64,000 nt of DNA, taken from contig CAJMAC010000004.1 in NCBI GenBank assembly GCA_905211265.1, positions 41,976-105,975 on the forward strand. The letters are read 5' to 3'. Of the stretch, positions 1 through 10,029 are shown one piece after another (position 1 is the first letter of the stretch; each line of letters begins with the position of its first letter). The position numbers and the translations under genes are program-made. The stretch comes from an uncultured Eubacteriales bacterium. GTDB taxonomy: Bacteria > Bacillota_I > Bacilli_A > RF39 > UBA660. Under the pieces are notes generated by a model, which was not told the origin of the DNA, searched no databases, and saw only the letters and a list, made by a program, of their open reading frames with translations.

Positions 1-2
1 AT

Positions 3-761
3 GAACTTGATAGAGAACTTGTTTTAAATGAAGTATTTAACGAGAAGTTAATTAATACAGAAGGTAGGTTTTTAGATTATATTATTACTTATTCTAATCA
101 TACTCCATTTTCTATAAATAAAGGAGTATGTAAGACATTAGTATATGAAGATGTTACTAAAGATTTAACTGAGGAAGAAATCAAAAATAAAGAATATGAA
201 ATACCTGAGTTAACCGAGGAAGATTGTGCAAGAAGACAAGCTAGTGAGACTGACTATATGATTGGTTTACTACTTGATTTACTCGAAGAAAAAGGTGTAA
301 TGAATGATACTGTTATTGTTTTATATGCTGATCATTATTTATATACTTTATCTGATTTAACTATATTAGATAAATATAAAGATACTAGTAATAACTTAAT
401 AAATCATACTCCTTTCTTTATATATAGTACTGATATTTCTAGAACTGATGTTAATGAAGTTACTTCACAATTAAATATATTACCTACTATTCTTAATTTA
501 TTTGGTATTAGTTATAATCCTAATTATTATATTGGTAGTGATGCCTTAAATCCTAGTTATAAGGGATATGTATTTTTTAGTGATTATTCTTGGTACGATG
601 GTAATGTTTATGTTAAGGATGGAGAAATTATTAATGGTAAATATATGAGTAGCGAGGAACTTGAAGAAAAGAATTATAATATAAATTATATAATTAAAAA
701 GAATGATTTAACTCTTAAATATAATTATTTTAAGATATTACATAATAAAGAAAAAGTCTAA
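3..761 (+). CDS. LTA-synthase-like sulfatase-family protein, C-terminal part (5' end outside the window)
   Basis: Frame 3 is open from base 3 (ELDRELVLNEVF..YIITYSNHTPFS..VIVLYADHY..) and continuous with tracked ORF 258..761. Sulfatase/LtaS-type extracellular-domain motifs are present. Confidence 0.7.
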   Translation, partial: ELDRELVLNEVFNEKLINTEGRFLDYIITYSNHTPFSINKGVCKTLVYEDVTKDLTEEEIKNKEYEIPELTEEDCARRQASETDYMIGLLLDLLEEKGVMNDTVIVLYADHYLYTLSDLTILDKYKDTSNNLINHTPFFIYSTDISRTDVNEVTSQLNILPTILNLFGISYNPNYYIGSDALNPSYKGYVFFSDYSWYDGNVYVKDGEIINGKYMSSEELEEKNYNINYIIKKNDLTLKYNYFKILHNKEKV

Positions 762-765
762 TTAC

Positions 766-3264
766 TTAGGCTTTTCTTTTGTTTCTTTTATCTATTACTA
801 TGATAACTGCAAAAGTTATAAATCCAATTATACTTAAAGCTATACCTATATTTAAGAATGGTGCTTTATAACTTATTTCAATGTTATGGTTACCTTTACT
901 TATTGGCAATCCAATAAATCCTTTATTTATATTTTTATATTCTACGACTTCATTATCTACTTTTATAGTATATCCTTTATCATATGGAATTGATGTTACT
1001 AAGTAAGAATTATCTTCGGTAATATTAATTGTACCTTTTATTGTATCATTTTCAAATGATGTTAAGTTAAGGGAAGTTAAATCATTTTTTCTTCCTTTAA
1101 TATTATCATAATCCAATGTATATGTTTCAATACTTTTAATATTATATGTACCTTTGGTTAATTCTATATTTAGTGTATGTATATTTTTATCTGAGATAAC
1201 AAATTTGAAATCATTATTTTTATTGGCATATGTCCATGTTTTACAGGTTAAAATATTTTTAACATTGTTTATGGTCATACTTATATTATCTCCGACACTA
1301 CATTTATTTTCTTTTAGTCCGTTTATGTTTATAAATAAGAATGTATTATTTAATTCTTTATTTAATGTTACTACTAAATGTCCTTTATCTTTTACTTTTA
1401 ATACATAATCATTATTTTCATCTTTTTCTATTACTACTCCATCATTTGAAGTTATTTGATATTCAATATTATCTTTATTAATTGTAGTTTTATTTTTATT
1501 GTAAGAATTGTCTTCAACAATTACATTTTTTAATAGTAATTCTGTTTGATATGGATAATCATAATTAGAGAATTCTTCAATATTCATTAAGTTATTACTT
1601 GCATATATTATTGGAAATACTTCTTCGTTTAGATAAGTATTATTATTGATTTTTGTATACCCTATTCCTAAATCATAATCTGAAAATGAATATTTAACTC
1701 CCATAAAGGTATTAAATAATATATTATTTGAAGCAGGTATTAAGAAATAATTATATTCAAGCATACTTGTTTTAAATGTATCTCTTAAAAATTCTAGATA
1801 ATATTCATTATATGTTGAAGAATATATTGTTGTGGTGTAATATCTTTGATTATATATTTTATTTACTGTTTTAGTGGGATATATTAAATTATTTGATCTA
1901 TAAAATGAATCATCATTATCTATTACATTGTTTATTTCTTCTTCAATGGTTTTATCAAATACTTTATTTAACATATCTCTACTTACGAATTCTTCGTTTT
2001 GTGCTTCATATCCAGCGATACCTAGTGCTACTAAAACAATATATAATGTCATAATATTTTTTATATATTTCTTTTTATCTATTAATAACAATAATGGAAT
2101 AAATCCTATAAAGAATAGATAACTTAGTTGTCTTTGATTATAATAATATATTGGTATTAATATTATAAGTAAGAATATAGCAAATTTTTTGGTATCTATT
2201 TTTTTATTATATAAATCATTTAAGAAAAGTGCAATCATATAACCAAATACTGGGATAAATGGTATAAAACATTTTTCTCTTAAATATAGTCCTCCGTTTA
2301 ATATATACATAAATATTGGCATAAATATTATGATACTACAAGAAGTTGCAAATACTATGTTACTTTTTTTCTTAGTATAGAATAAATATAATAATGAAAT
2401 AAAGCCAATCATAGATACTCCGATAGCATATGTACCATTAAATAATTTATATATTTTTAAATATGGTGTAAATAATTGTATTAAGCTAATTGTGGAAGTT
2501 GATTCTCCACGACCTTGAAGTAAGGTATATGCTGTAGGAAGTAATAATATTCCTGACATAAATATGCCTACAAATACTAAGAATACATATTTTAATCCAT
2601 CAAGTATTAATTCTTTAAAGGTAAATTTATTATTTATATCTATATATCTATATAAGTAATATAATGATACTACTATTATTCCACATACACTATAATAATA
2701 ACTTGTCATAATCATTAGGAATATTCCTAAGATTAAAGTTGTTTTATTTTTAGATTTTATGTATTTATCTACTCCCATTAATGACATAACTAAAAATGGC
2801 ATATAGTTTACAAACATCATGTGACGATGCATTTGGAATATTAATGGTGGTGCTAAAATAAATATTAAGGATGTTATTAAGGTTATATCATCATTATATC
2901 CATGTGATTTTATCCATTTATAGAATAATACTGATGTTATCATTAAGACTATTATATTGGATATTATGGTATATGTTTGCATACTTAAAAATGGTAATAA
3001 GTATGATGGTAATACTATTGGACTTAATAATCCATAATATGATAAATTAAAGATATTTTGTCCTCCACCATAATTAAATGCTAAGTTAGGTAATAATTTA
3101 CCTGTATTATAAAATGTTTGTCTAAAATAATCTGGTATTATGGTATGTTGATTTATCCAATCTGTGTCTGAACCAAATACATTAGAAAATTTAGTCGTTA
3201 GAAAAACTATCAAAATAATATTTAAAAATAATATTAGATAGTTTCTTATTTCTTTTTTATTCAT
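766..3264 (-). CDS. YfhO-family polytopic membrane glycosyltransferase
   Basis: 832 aa. The N-terminal ~400 aa are multi-TM and the C-terminal part is a large extracytoplasmic region ending in one TM, which is the YfhO architecture. Overlaps the upstream gtrA-like gene by 8 nt. Confidence 0.8.
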   Translation of the reverse strand: MNKKEIRNYLILFLNIILIVFLTTKFSNVFGSDTDWINQHTIIPDYFRQTFYNTGKLLPNLAFNYGGGQNIFNLSYYGLLSPIVLPSYLLPFLSMQTYTIISNIIVLMITSVLFYKWIKSHGYNDDITLITSLIFILAPPLIFQMHRHMMFVNYMPFLVMSLMGVDKYIKSKNKTTLILGIFLMIMTSYYYSVCGIIVVSLYYLYRYIDINNKFTFKELILDGLKYVFLVFVGIFMSGILLLPTAYTLLQGRGESTSTISLIQLFTPYLKIYKLFNGTYAIGVSMIGFISLLYLFYTKKKSNIVFATSCSIIIFMPIFMYILNGGLYLREKCFIPFIPVFGYMIALFLNDLYNKKIDTKKFAIFLLIILIPIYYYNQRQLSYLFFIGFIPLLLLIDKKKYIKNIMTLYIVLVALGIAGYEAQNEEFVSRDMLNKVFDKTIEEEINNVIDNDDSFYRSNNLIYPTKTVNKIYNQRYYTTTIYSSTYNEYYLEFLRDTFKTSMLEYNYFLIPASNNILFNTFMGVKYSFSDYDLGIGYTKINNNTYLNEEVFPIIYASNNLMNIEEFSNYDYPYQTELLLKNVIVEDNSYNKNKTTINKDNIEYQITSNDGVVIEKDENNDYVLKVKDKGHLVVTLNKELNNTFLFININGLKENKCSVGDNISMTINNVKNILTCKTWTYANKNNDFKFVISDKNIHTLNIELTKGTYNIKSIETYTLDYDNIKGRKNDLTSLNLTSFENDTIKGTINITEDNSYLVTSIPYDKGYTIKVDNEVVEYKNINKGFIGLPISKGNHNIEISYKAPFLNIGIALSIIGFITFAVIIVIDKRNKRKA

Positions 3265-3703
3265 TATTCTTCACCTTACTTTTAAAGACAAGGAATTTAC
3301 TTAAAACATAATTTAATACTATTACTACGAATTGTACAATTAATTTTATTATTTTATCATTAAATTTTAATCTTATTACAAATATTTGCATAAGTAACAT
3401 ATCTAAAAGTAATGTTGATAATCTAGATAAGTAAAATTTTGATGCTTCCTTTATATTCTTTTTTTCTTTTAGTTTAAATACATATTTTCTATTTGTAAAA
3501 TATGCAAATGTAACTGATACTATCCATGAGATAACATTAGTTATTTGTAATTGAATTGATACTTTTGGATCTAATACAGTAAATGTTAGGATGTAATATG
3601 TTGCTAAACTTACAACAGTAGTTAATACTCCGATTATTAAGTATCTTATTACTTCTTCATATTTTATTAATAATTCTTTTATTTTATTCATGTTTATCCA
3701 CAT
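3257..3703 (-). CDS. GtrA-family membrane protein (putative lipid-linked sugar flippase)
   Basis: 148 aa with 4 TM segments and a GtrA-like N-terminus (VIRYLIIGVLTTVVSLATYYIL). An alternative ATG at 3691 is possible. Overlaps the GT2 stop. Confidence 0.8.
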   Translation of the reverse strand: MWINMNKIKELLIKYEEVIRYLIIGVLTTVVSLATYYILTFTVLDPKVSIQLQITNVISWIVSVTFAYFTNRKYVFKLKEKKNIKEASKFYLSRLSTLLLDMLLMQIFVIRLKFNDKIIKLIVQFVVIVLNYVLSKFLVFKSKVKNNE

Positions 3704-4625
3704 TCGTTTCTTTTATTATATATACTGGTCTTTTTTTAGTTTCAGTATATGTTTTAGAGATGTATTCTCCATTTATTCCTGTACACATTAATTGTACTCC
3801 AGAGATAAAGAATGTAATACAAATTATAGTTAATAAACTAAGAGATGGATTAGTTAAAGTAATTGATTTTACTACAATTATTATTAATAATATGAATGCT
3901 GTTAAAAGAAATAATAAGCCCATTACTATTGAAATAACTAATGGCACAGTAGAGAATGCTACTATTCCTTCAATTGCATATTTAAACAATTTCCAAAATG
4001 ACCATTTTGTTTCTCCTGCTACTCTTTCAATATTTTCGTATTCTAACCATTTTGTATCATATCCTACAAATGAGAATAATCCTTTTGAATATCTATTATA
4101 TTCTTTTAATTCTAAAATTGAATTAACCATTTGCCTAGTCATTAAGCGATAGTCTCTTGCACCATCAACCATTTCTGTTTTAGACATTTTATTGATTATT
4201 TTATAGAACATTCTAGCGAAGAAACTTCTAATTGGAGGTTCTCCTTTTCTAGTTACTCTCCTTGTTCCTACACAATCGTAGTGTTCTTCTTCGATTAATC
4301 TAATCATTTCTGGTAATAATGCTGGTGGATCTTGTAAATCTGCATCCATTATAGCAACATAATCACCACTAGATAATTCTAGTCCTGCTAACATAGCAGC
4401 TTCTTTTCCAAAGTTTCTTGAAAAATGTATATATTTTACCCTCTTATCTTCTTTACTTAATTTTTTGACTACTTCTAATGTTTTGTCTTTCGAGCCATCG
4501 TTTACAAAAATAAATTCAAAATTAACATCTAAGTTTTTACTTACTTTATCTATTTCCTTATAGAATAATGGAATAGATTCTTCTTCATTATATGATGGCA
4601 CAATAATACTAACCTTTTTTTTCAT
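3684..4625 (-). CDS. Family-2 glycosyltransferase, CsbB/GtrB-like polyprenol-phosphate sugar transferase
   Basis: Motifs VSIIVPSYNEE and DADLQDPP, plus two C-terminal TM helices. The tracked ORF starts at a TTG (4649); the ATG at 4625 has RBS AAGGAAG upstream, so I use 4625. Confidence 0.85.
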   Translation of the reverse strand: MKKKVSIIVPSYNEEESIPLFYKEIDKVSKNLDVNFEFIFVNDGSKDKTLEVVKKLSKEDKRVKYIHFSRNFGKEAAMLAGLELSSGDYVAIMDADLQDPPALLPEMIRLIEEEHYDCVGTRRVTRKGEPPIRSFFARMFYKIINKMSKTEMVDGARDYRLMTRQMVNSILELKEYNRYSKGLFSFVGYDTKWLEYENIERVAGETKWSFWKLFKYAIEGIVAFSTVPLVISIVMGLLFLLTAFILLIIIVVKSITLTNPSLSLLTIICITFFISGVQLMCTGINGEYISKTYTETKKRPVYIIKETNVDKHE

Positions 4626-4718
4626 ACTTCTCTTCCTTTCATAAAACAATTTAAAAGTTATAAATTATGCCTATATTATACTATAAGTTATTTTTTTATT
4701 CAAGTTTTATAGTTCTAT

Positions 4719-4748
4719 TTGACAAATGTAGTATTTTTTTTGTAAAAT
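4719..4748 (+). promoter_or_regulatory. Sigma-A type promoter for tmcAL
   Basis: TTGACA (4719-4724), 18-nt spacer, TAAAAT (4743-4748) with TG immediately upstream. Lies 27 nt before the RBS and ATG at 4775. Confidence 0.5.
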
Positions 4749-4774
4749 AGTGTTAAGTTGAAAGGAGAAAAAAT

Positions 4775-5911
4775 ATGAATGTTATTGGTATTATTGCAGA
4801 ATATAATCCTTTTCATTTAGGGCATTTGTATCAGATTAATAAAATTAAAGAGATGTATAAGGATTCAATTATTATTGCTATTGTATCTTCATCATTTACC
4901 CAAAGGGGAGATGTTTCAATATTAAATAAATGGGATAAGGCAAGAATAGCTCTTGACAATGGTATAGATTTAGTTATTGAATTACCTTATTTTTATGCAG
5001 GACAGTCTTCGGATATATTTGCTAAGGGGGCTGTTACAATACTTAATTATTTAGGAATTGATACATTAGTATTTGGGATAGAAAGTGATGATATTAATAA
5101 TTTAAAGTTAATGGCAGATATTCAATTAAATGATAAAAATTATAATAATATTGTTAAAGAATATTTATCAAATGGTTATAACTACCCTACGGCATTATCT
5201 AAGGCAATTAAAGATATTCTTAATTTAGATATTTATCTTCCGAATGATTTACTTGCCTTGTCTTATATTAAACAAGTTAAATTAATAAATAATAATATTA
5301 ATGTTATTGGTATTAAACGCACTAATGATTATCATAGTAAAGAAATAACTAGTAATATTGTTAACGCTTCTTTAATTAGAGAACAATTTAAAAACAATTT
5401 AGATATTAGTAATTATATTCCTAGTTATGATACTAATAAATTATATAATGTTAGTGTTAATGATTTTTATCCTTTATTAAAATATCAAATATTAAATAAT
5501 ATTAACAATTTAGATAAGTTTTTAACTGTAGATGAAGGAATTGATAATAGAATTAAAAAATATATAAAGAATTCAAATAATTGGAACGAATTAGTTAATA
5601 ATATTAAAACTAAGAGATATACTTATAATAAGATTAATCGTATGCTTATGCATATATTATTTAATTTAACTAAGGATGAATCTAAGAATATAGTTATTGA
5701 TTATGTTAGAGTGCTTGGTTTTAATAGTAAAGGAAGAAGTTATTTAAATAAGATTAAAAAGAATAAAGAGATAAATATTGTTACTAATTATAAGGATGGT
5801 ATTAGTAAATTATTTGATTTAGAAAATAGAGTTAATAATATTTATGCTATTATTGTAGATAATAAATTAATATATGAAGAATATAGTCATAATCCTATAA
5901 TTATAGACTAG
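4775..5911 (+). CDS. tmcAL: tRNA(Met) cytidine acetate ligase (YlbM/UPF0348 nucleotidyltransferase)
   Basis: N-terminus VIGIIAEYNPFHLGHLYQI is the HxGH-type nucleotidyltransferase signature of the YlbM/TmcAL family. 378 aa. RBS GAAAGGAG. Confidence 0.8.
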   Translation: MNVIGIIAEYNPFHLGHLYQINKIKEMYKDSIIIAIVSSSFTQRGDVSILNKWDKARIALDNGIDLVIELPYFYAGQSSDIFAKGAVTILNYLGIDTLVFGIESDDINNLKLMADIQLNDKNYNNIVKEYLSNGYNYPTALSKAIKDILNLDIYLPNDLLALSYIKQVKLINNNINVIGIKRTNDYHSKEITSNIVNASLIREQFKNNLDISNYIPSYDTNKLYNVSVNDFYPLLKYQILNNINNLDKFLTVDEGIDNRIKKYIKNSNNWNELVNNIKTKRYTYNKINRMLMHILFNLTKDESKNIVIDYVRVLGFNSKGRSYLNKIKKNKEINIVTNYKDGISKLFDLENRVNNIYAIIVDNKLIYEEYSHNPIIID

Positions 5912-6351
5912 TTCTTTTTTATTTCTTCATAGATTATTTTTTCTATTTTTTTAGGGAATAAATTTAAAATAAGCTTATTAAATTCATTTATTGTTTCTAC
6001 TCTAAATGATAATGCTAATTTTATTAAGTTATCTACTTTATAGTTATTTTTATATTTTTTATAACAATTATCTAAATATAAATAAGTTGCTGAAGTATTA
6101 TTATTTACTTCTTTTTCTATGGTTATATTTTTAGAGTTTTCTACAAAGACATAAGCATTAAATCTATTTACATTATTGTTATCAAATATTTCTAATGTTA
6201 CATCACCATTTATTATTTTATATTGAGCGAAGATAAAATCATTTCTATCTAAATCATAGTTAAATACTATACTTATAAATTCATTTAGTAGTCCTGTATT
6301 CATTAATTTAATTAGTATTTGTCTAAATATTTCTTTTCTATCATGTGTCAT
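5908..6351 (-). CDS. Hypothetical protein
   Basis: Intact ORF. The ATG at 6351 is preceded by AGGTGA, whereas the tracked start at 6360 is a GTG. I recognise no family. Confidence 0.5.
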   Translation of the reverse strand: MTHDRKEIFRQILIKLMNTGLLNEFISIVFNYDLDRNDFIFAQYKIINGDVTLEIFDNNNVNRFNAYVFVENSKNITIEKEVNNNTSATYLYLDNCYKKYKNNYKVDNLIKLALSFRVETINEFNKLILNLFPKKIEKIIYEEIKKN

Positions 6352-6466
6352 GTTAATCACCTAAAATTAACTTAACATAAGAAAAAATATATGTCAAAGT
6401 ATTTATGGCATATATTGTGTTTTGTTGCATATTTGGCAACATAAAAACATGTAAAGGAGTGTAAAG

Positions 6467-7288
6467 TTATTTCTGACAATTAGGACAATAATAGGTTCCT
6501 CTTCCATTTACTTTTATTTTTACTATTGTTGTACCACAATTTTTACATGGTGTATTTTCTTTGGTATGGACTAATAATTCTTGTTGGAATAAGCCATGTA
6601 CTCCATTTACGGAGGTATAACTTCTTATGGTTGAGCCTCCTTTTTTTATTGCTTCGGATAATATTTGACGAGTATATTTTATTATATTACTTAATTCTTC
6701 ATCTGATAATAAACATGCTTTTTTTAAGGGATTTATTTTTGATAAAAATAATATTTCATCAGCATATATATTACCTATTCCTGTGATTATTGATTGGTCT
6801 AATAATACAGTTTTTATTGGTAGTTTTTTATTTTTATATTTTTCTTTTAGATAAGACATAGTTAAGTCTTCACTCCATGGTTCATATCCTAAATCTTTAA
6901 GTGGTCCAAGCTCTTTTATTTTATCTTTTTCAATTAATAACATTTTACCAAATTTTCTTACATCATGATATCTTAATTCTTCTTTGTTATCTAAAATAAA
7001 TACTACATGTTCATGCGGGGACAAAGATTCATTAGGCTTTTTAAAGAAATATTTTCCTTCCATTCTTAGATGAGATAATAAATAATAATCATCTAGGACA
7101 AGAATTAACCATTTTCCATATCTTGAAATATCATTTATTTTTTGATTTATTATTCTTTCTATAAATTCTTTTGGTGTTGGATAATCAATTATATTATCAT
7201 AATATATTTTTACATTAGTTATTGTTCTACCAATTAATTTTGGTTTTAGTGTATTTCTTACTGTTTCTACTTCAGGTAATTCTGGCAT
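6467..7288 (-). CDS. mutM: Formamidopyrimidine-DNA glycosylase
   Basis: N-terminal MPELPEVETV catalytic motif and a C-terminal zinc finger (CxxC..CPNCQ). 273 aa. Confidence 0.92.
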   Translation of the reverse strand: MPELPEVETVRNTLKPKLIGRTITNVKIYYDNIIDYPTPKEFIERIINQKINDISRYGKWLILVLDDYYLLSHLRMEGKYFFKKPNESLSPHEHVVFILDNKEELRYHDVRKFGKMLLIEKDKIKELGPLKDLGYEPWSEDLTMSYLKEKYKNKKLPIKTVLLDQSIITGIGNIYADEILFLSKINPLKKACLLSDEELSNIIKYTRQILSEAIKKGGSTIRSYTSVNGVHGLFQQELLVHTKENTPCKNCGTTIVKIKVNGRGTYYCPNCQK

Positions 7289-7303
7289 ATTATCAACTAC
7301 TTT

Positions 7304-9877
7304 CTATTTGGCTTCATACCAATCAGTTCCATACTCTATATCTACCACTAATGGTACTTCTAATTTATAGGTATTTTCCATTATTTGTTTTACTATTTGT
7401 TTTACTACATCAAGTTCATCATTTAAGACATTAAATATTAATTCATCGTGTACTTGTAATAGCATTTTACTTTTTAAATTTCTTTTTTCAAATTCGTTTT
7501 GTATTTCTATCATTGATTTTTTCAGAATATCTGCACTACTACCTTGAATTGGGGTATTTAAAGCCATTCTTTCTCCCATATTTTTAATTAGATAATTAGT
7601 GTTATTTAATTCTTCGATTACTCTTTTTCTATTCATTATTGTTTTTACATATCCTAATTCATGTGCTTTTTTTATTGTTTCGTTCATATAGTCTTTGATA
7701 CCAGGATATGTTTCAAAATAAGTATTAATAAATTCTTTTGCTTCTTTTGGAGATATTCCTAAATCTTCGGATAAGCCATAACTACTTATTCCATAAAGTA
7801 TTCCAAAGTTTACTGCTTTTGCTTGGCGACGCATAGACTTTGTTACTCCTTCTTCGGGAACATGAAATATATCCATCGCAGTTTTAGTATGTATATCCAT
7901 ATTATTATTGAAAGCATTTATTAAATCGGATACTTTTGACATATGGGCAAATACTCTTAATTCTATTTGTGAGTAATCTGATGATAAGATTACGGAATTA
8001 TCTTCGGGTACAAAAGCTTTTCTTATTTTTCTTCCATATTCATTTCTAATAGGTATATTTTGTAAATTAGGTTCAATCGAAGATAATCTTCCTGTTCTTG
8101 TTAATGTTTGAGTATAAATAGTATGTATTTTACCATCAGTACTTATAGTATTTAATATTCCATCAACATAGGTTGAAAGTAATTTAGTTAATGTTCTATA
8201 TTCTAATATTCTTTCTATTATGGGATATTGTATTCCTACTTTTAATAGAGTTTGTTCATCTGTAGAATAATTACCACTTTTTCCTTTTTTACCATGTGGT
8301 AAGTTTAATTTTTCAAATAGAATACTTCCTAATTGTTTTGGGGAAGATATATTAAATTCTTCGCCTGCATAGTTATATATATCTTTTGAAATTAAATCTA
8401 TTTTTATATTTAATTCTTCTTTCATATCAAGTAATACTTGTCTATTTACACGAATACCTTCGAGTTCCATTTTAGCTAGCACTATGGATAAAGGTAACTC
8501 TATATTGTTATATAAATCTATTACTTCTTCATTAATCATTTGATTAATTAATGTTTCTTTGGTGTTATAAATAAATTTTGCTTTATTGATACTTCTTTTT
8601 ATGAATTCTTCTTCGGTTAAGTTTTCTTTTTTATCATAAAATGGTAGATTATAACCTAGATTATTTGCTAGATATGCAATATCATCTTTTATATTATAAT
8701 TAAGTAAATAACTTGCTATCATGGCATCATATGATGGTTTATTTATAATTATATTATTTTTATATAATGCTGAATATAATCTTTTTATATCATAGGTTAA
8801 AATATTTATGTTATTTAAGAAATTACTATTTTTAATTAATGCTTCATAAGGAATATAACCATATATATCTTTGTTATAAATACTTAATCCTATTATATTA
8901 GCATTATGATAATTGTCACTGTCTAATTCTATATATACGGATGTATCTGTTGTTAATGTTAGGGAGGAAGTATCTGTAATTATATTTATTTTTAAGTCTT
9001 CTTCTTTTTTAGGTATTGATTGTTCTTTTTTGATAAATGAATAGAATTCTAATTCTTTATAGATATCTATTAATTTACTTGAATGATTATTTGTATATAC
9101 TAAATCATTTAGTGTTATATTTAATGGTACAGAGGTATAAATGGTAGCTAAACTTTTACTCATAAATGCATCATCTTTACCTTCTTCAATTTTTATTTTG
9201 GTAGCTCCTTTTAATTTATCTATGTTAACATATAAATTTTCTATTGAAGTATATTCTTGAAGTAATTTTAAAGCTGTTTTTTCTCCAATACCTTTTACTC
9301 CAGGGATATTATCTGAAGCATCACCCATTAAAGCTTTTAAATCAATCATTCTAATTGGTTCAATTCCATAATGTTCCATAAATACTTCTTTATTCATTCT
9401 TATATAGTCTTTTTGTTTTAATAATTTTACTTCAACATCTGGACTTATTAATTGTAATAAATCTTTATCACTACTTACTATTGTAGCAATATATTCATCA
9501 TTTTCATCAACCATTTTCGCTAATGTTCCAATTATATCATCTGCTTCATATCCAGGACATTCTAGATATTTAATTCCCATTGCATCCAATATTTCTTTTG
9601 CTTTAGGAAATTGTCTTTTTAAATCATCAGGTGTTTCTATTCTTCCACCTTTGTATTCGGTATAACTATCATGTCTAAATGTTTTTCCTACATCAAACGC
9701 TACTGCTATATATTTAGGGGATTCTTCTGCTATTATTTTATTCATCATATTTACAAAGCCAAATAAGGCATTAGTAGGAAATCCTTCTTTATTTTTCATA
9801 AGACTTCCAGAGTATGCTGTTGCATAATAACTACGAAACATTAAATTATTACCATCTACTAAAATTACTTTTTCCAT
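7304..9877 (-). CDS. polA: DNA polymerase I
   Basis: 857 aa. Has a 5'-nuclease N-terminus (VDGNNLMFRSYYA), a GVKGIGEKTA helix-hairpin-helix, and family-A polymerase motifs (SSDYSQIELRV, QVHDELIF). Confidence 0.95.
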   Translation of the reverse strand: MEKVILVDGNNLMFRSYYATAYSGSLMKNKEGFPTNALFGFVNMMNKIIAEESPKYIAVAFDVGKTFRHDSYTEYKGGRIETPDDLKRQFPKAKEILDAMGIKYLECPGYEADDIIGTLAKMVDENDEYIATIVSSDKDLLQLISPDVEVKLLKQKDYIRMNKEVFMEHYGIEPIRMIDLKALMGDASDNIPGVKGIGEKTALKLLQEYTSIENLYVNIDKLKGATKIKIEEGKDDAFMSKSLATIYTSVPLNITLNDLVYTNNHSSKLIDIYKELEFYSFIKKEQSIPKKEEDLKINIITDTSSLTLTTDTSVYIELDSDNYHNANIIGLSIYNKDIYGYIPYEALIKNSNFLNNINILTYDIKRLYSALYKNNIIINKPSYDAMIASYLLNYNIKDDIAYLANNLGYNLPFYDKKENLTEEEFIKRSINKAKFIYNTKETLINQMINEEVIDLYNNIELPLSIVLAKMELEGIRVNRQVLLDMKEELNIKIDLISKDIYNYAGEEFNISSPKQLGSILFEKLNLPHGKKGKSGNYSTDEQTLLKVGIQYPIIERILEYRTLTKLLSTYVDGILNTISTDGKIHTIYTQTLTRTGRLSSIEPNLQNIPIRNEYGRKIRKAFVPEDNSVILSSDYSQIELRVFAHMSKVSDLINAFNNNMDIHTKTAMDIFHVPEEGVTKSMRRQAKAVNFGILYGISSYGLSEDLGISPKEAKEFINTYFETYPGIKDYMNETIKKAHELGYVKTIMNRKRVIEELNNTNYLIKNMGERMALNTPIQGSSADILKKSMIEIQNEFEKRNLKSKMLLQVHDELIFNVLNDELDVVKQIVKQIMENTYKLEVPLVVDIEYGTDWYEAK

Positions 9878-9974
9878 GTAATCACATCCTTATAAATATT
9901 ATACATTATTTTTAGTTAAATTTATAGTTTATATGGGTAAATTTTGTAAAATAATCATACAAGAATAAATTAGT

Positions 9975-10016
9975 AAAAAAATGTGACTGCATTGTAATAT
10001 CAACACAACCACATTT
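9975..10016 (-). terminator. Putative intrinsic terminator after the DUF2207 gene
   Basis: On the minus strand, AAATGTG..(inner TTGT/ACAA)..CACATTT is followed by a 7-nt T run (plus-strand A run 9975-9981). Confidence 0.5.
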
Positions 10017-10029
10017 ATACTCTACTATT

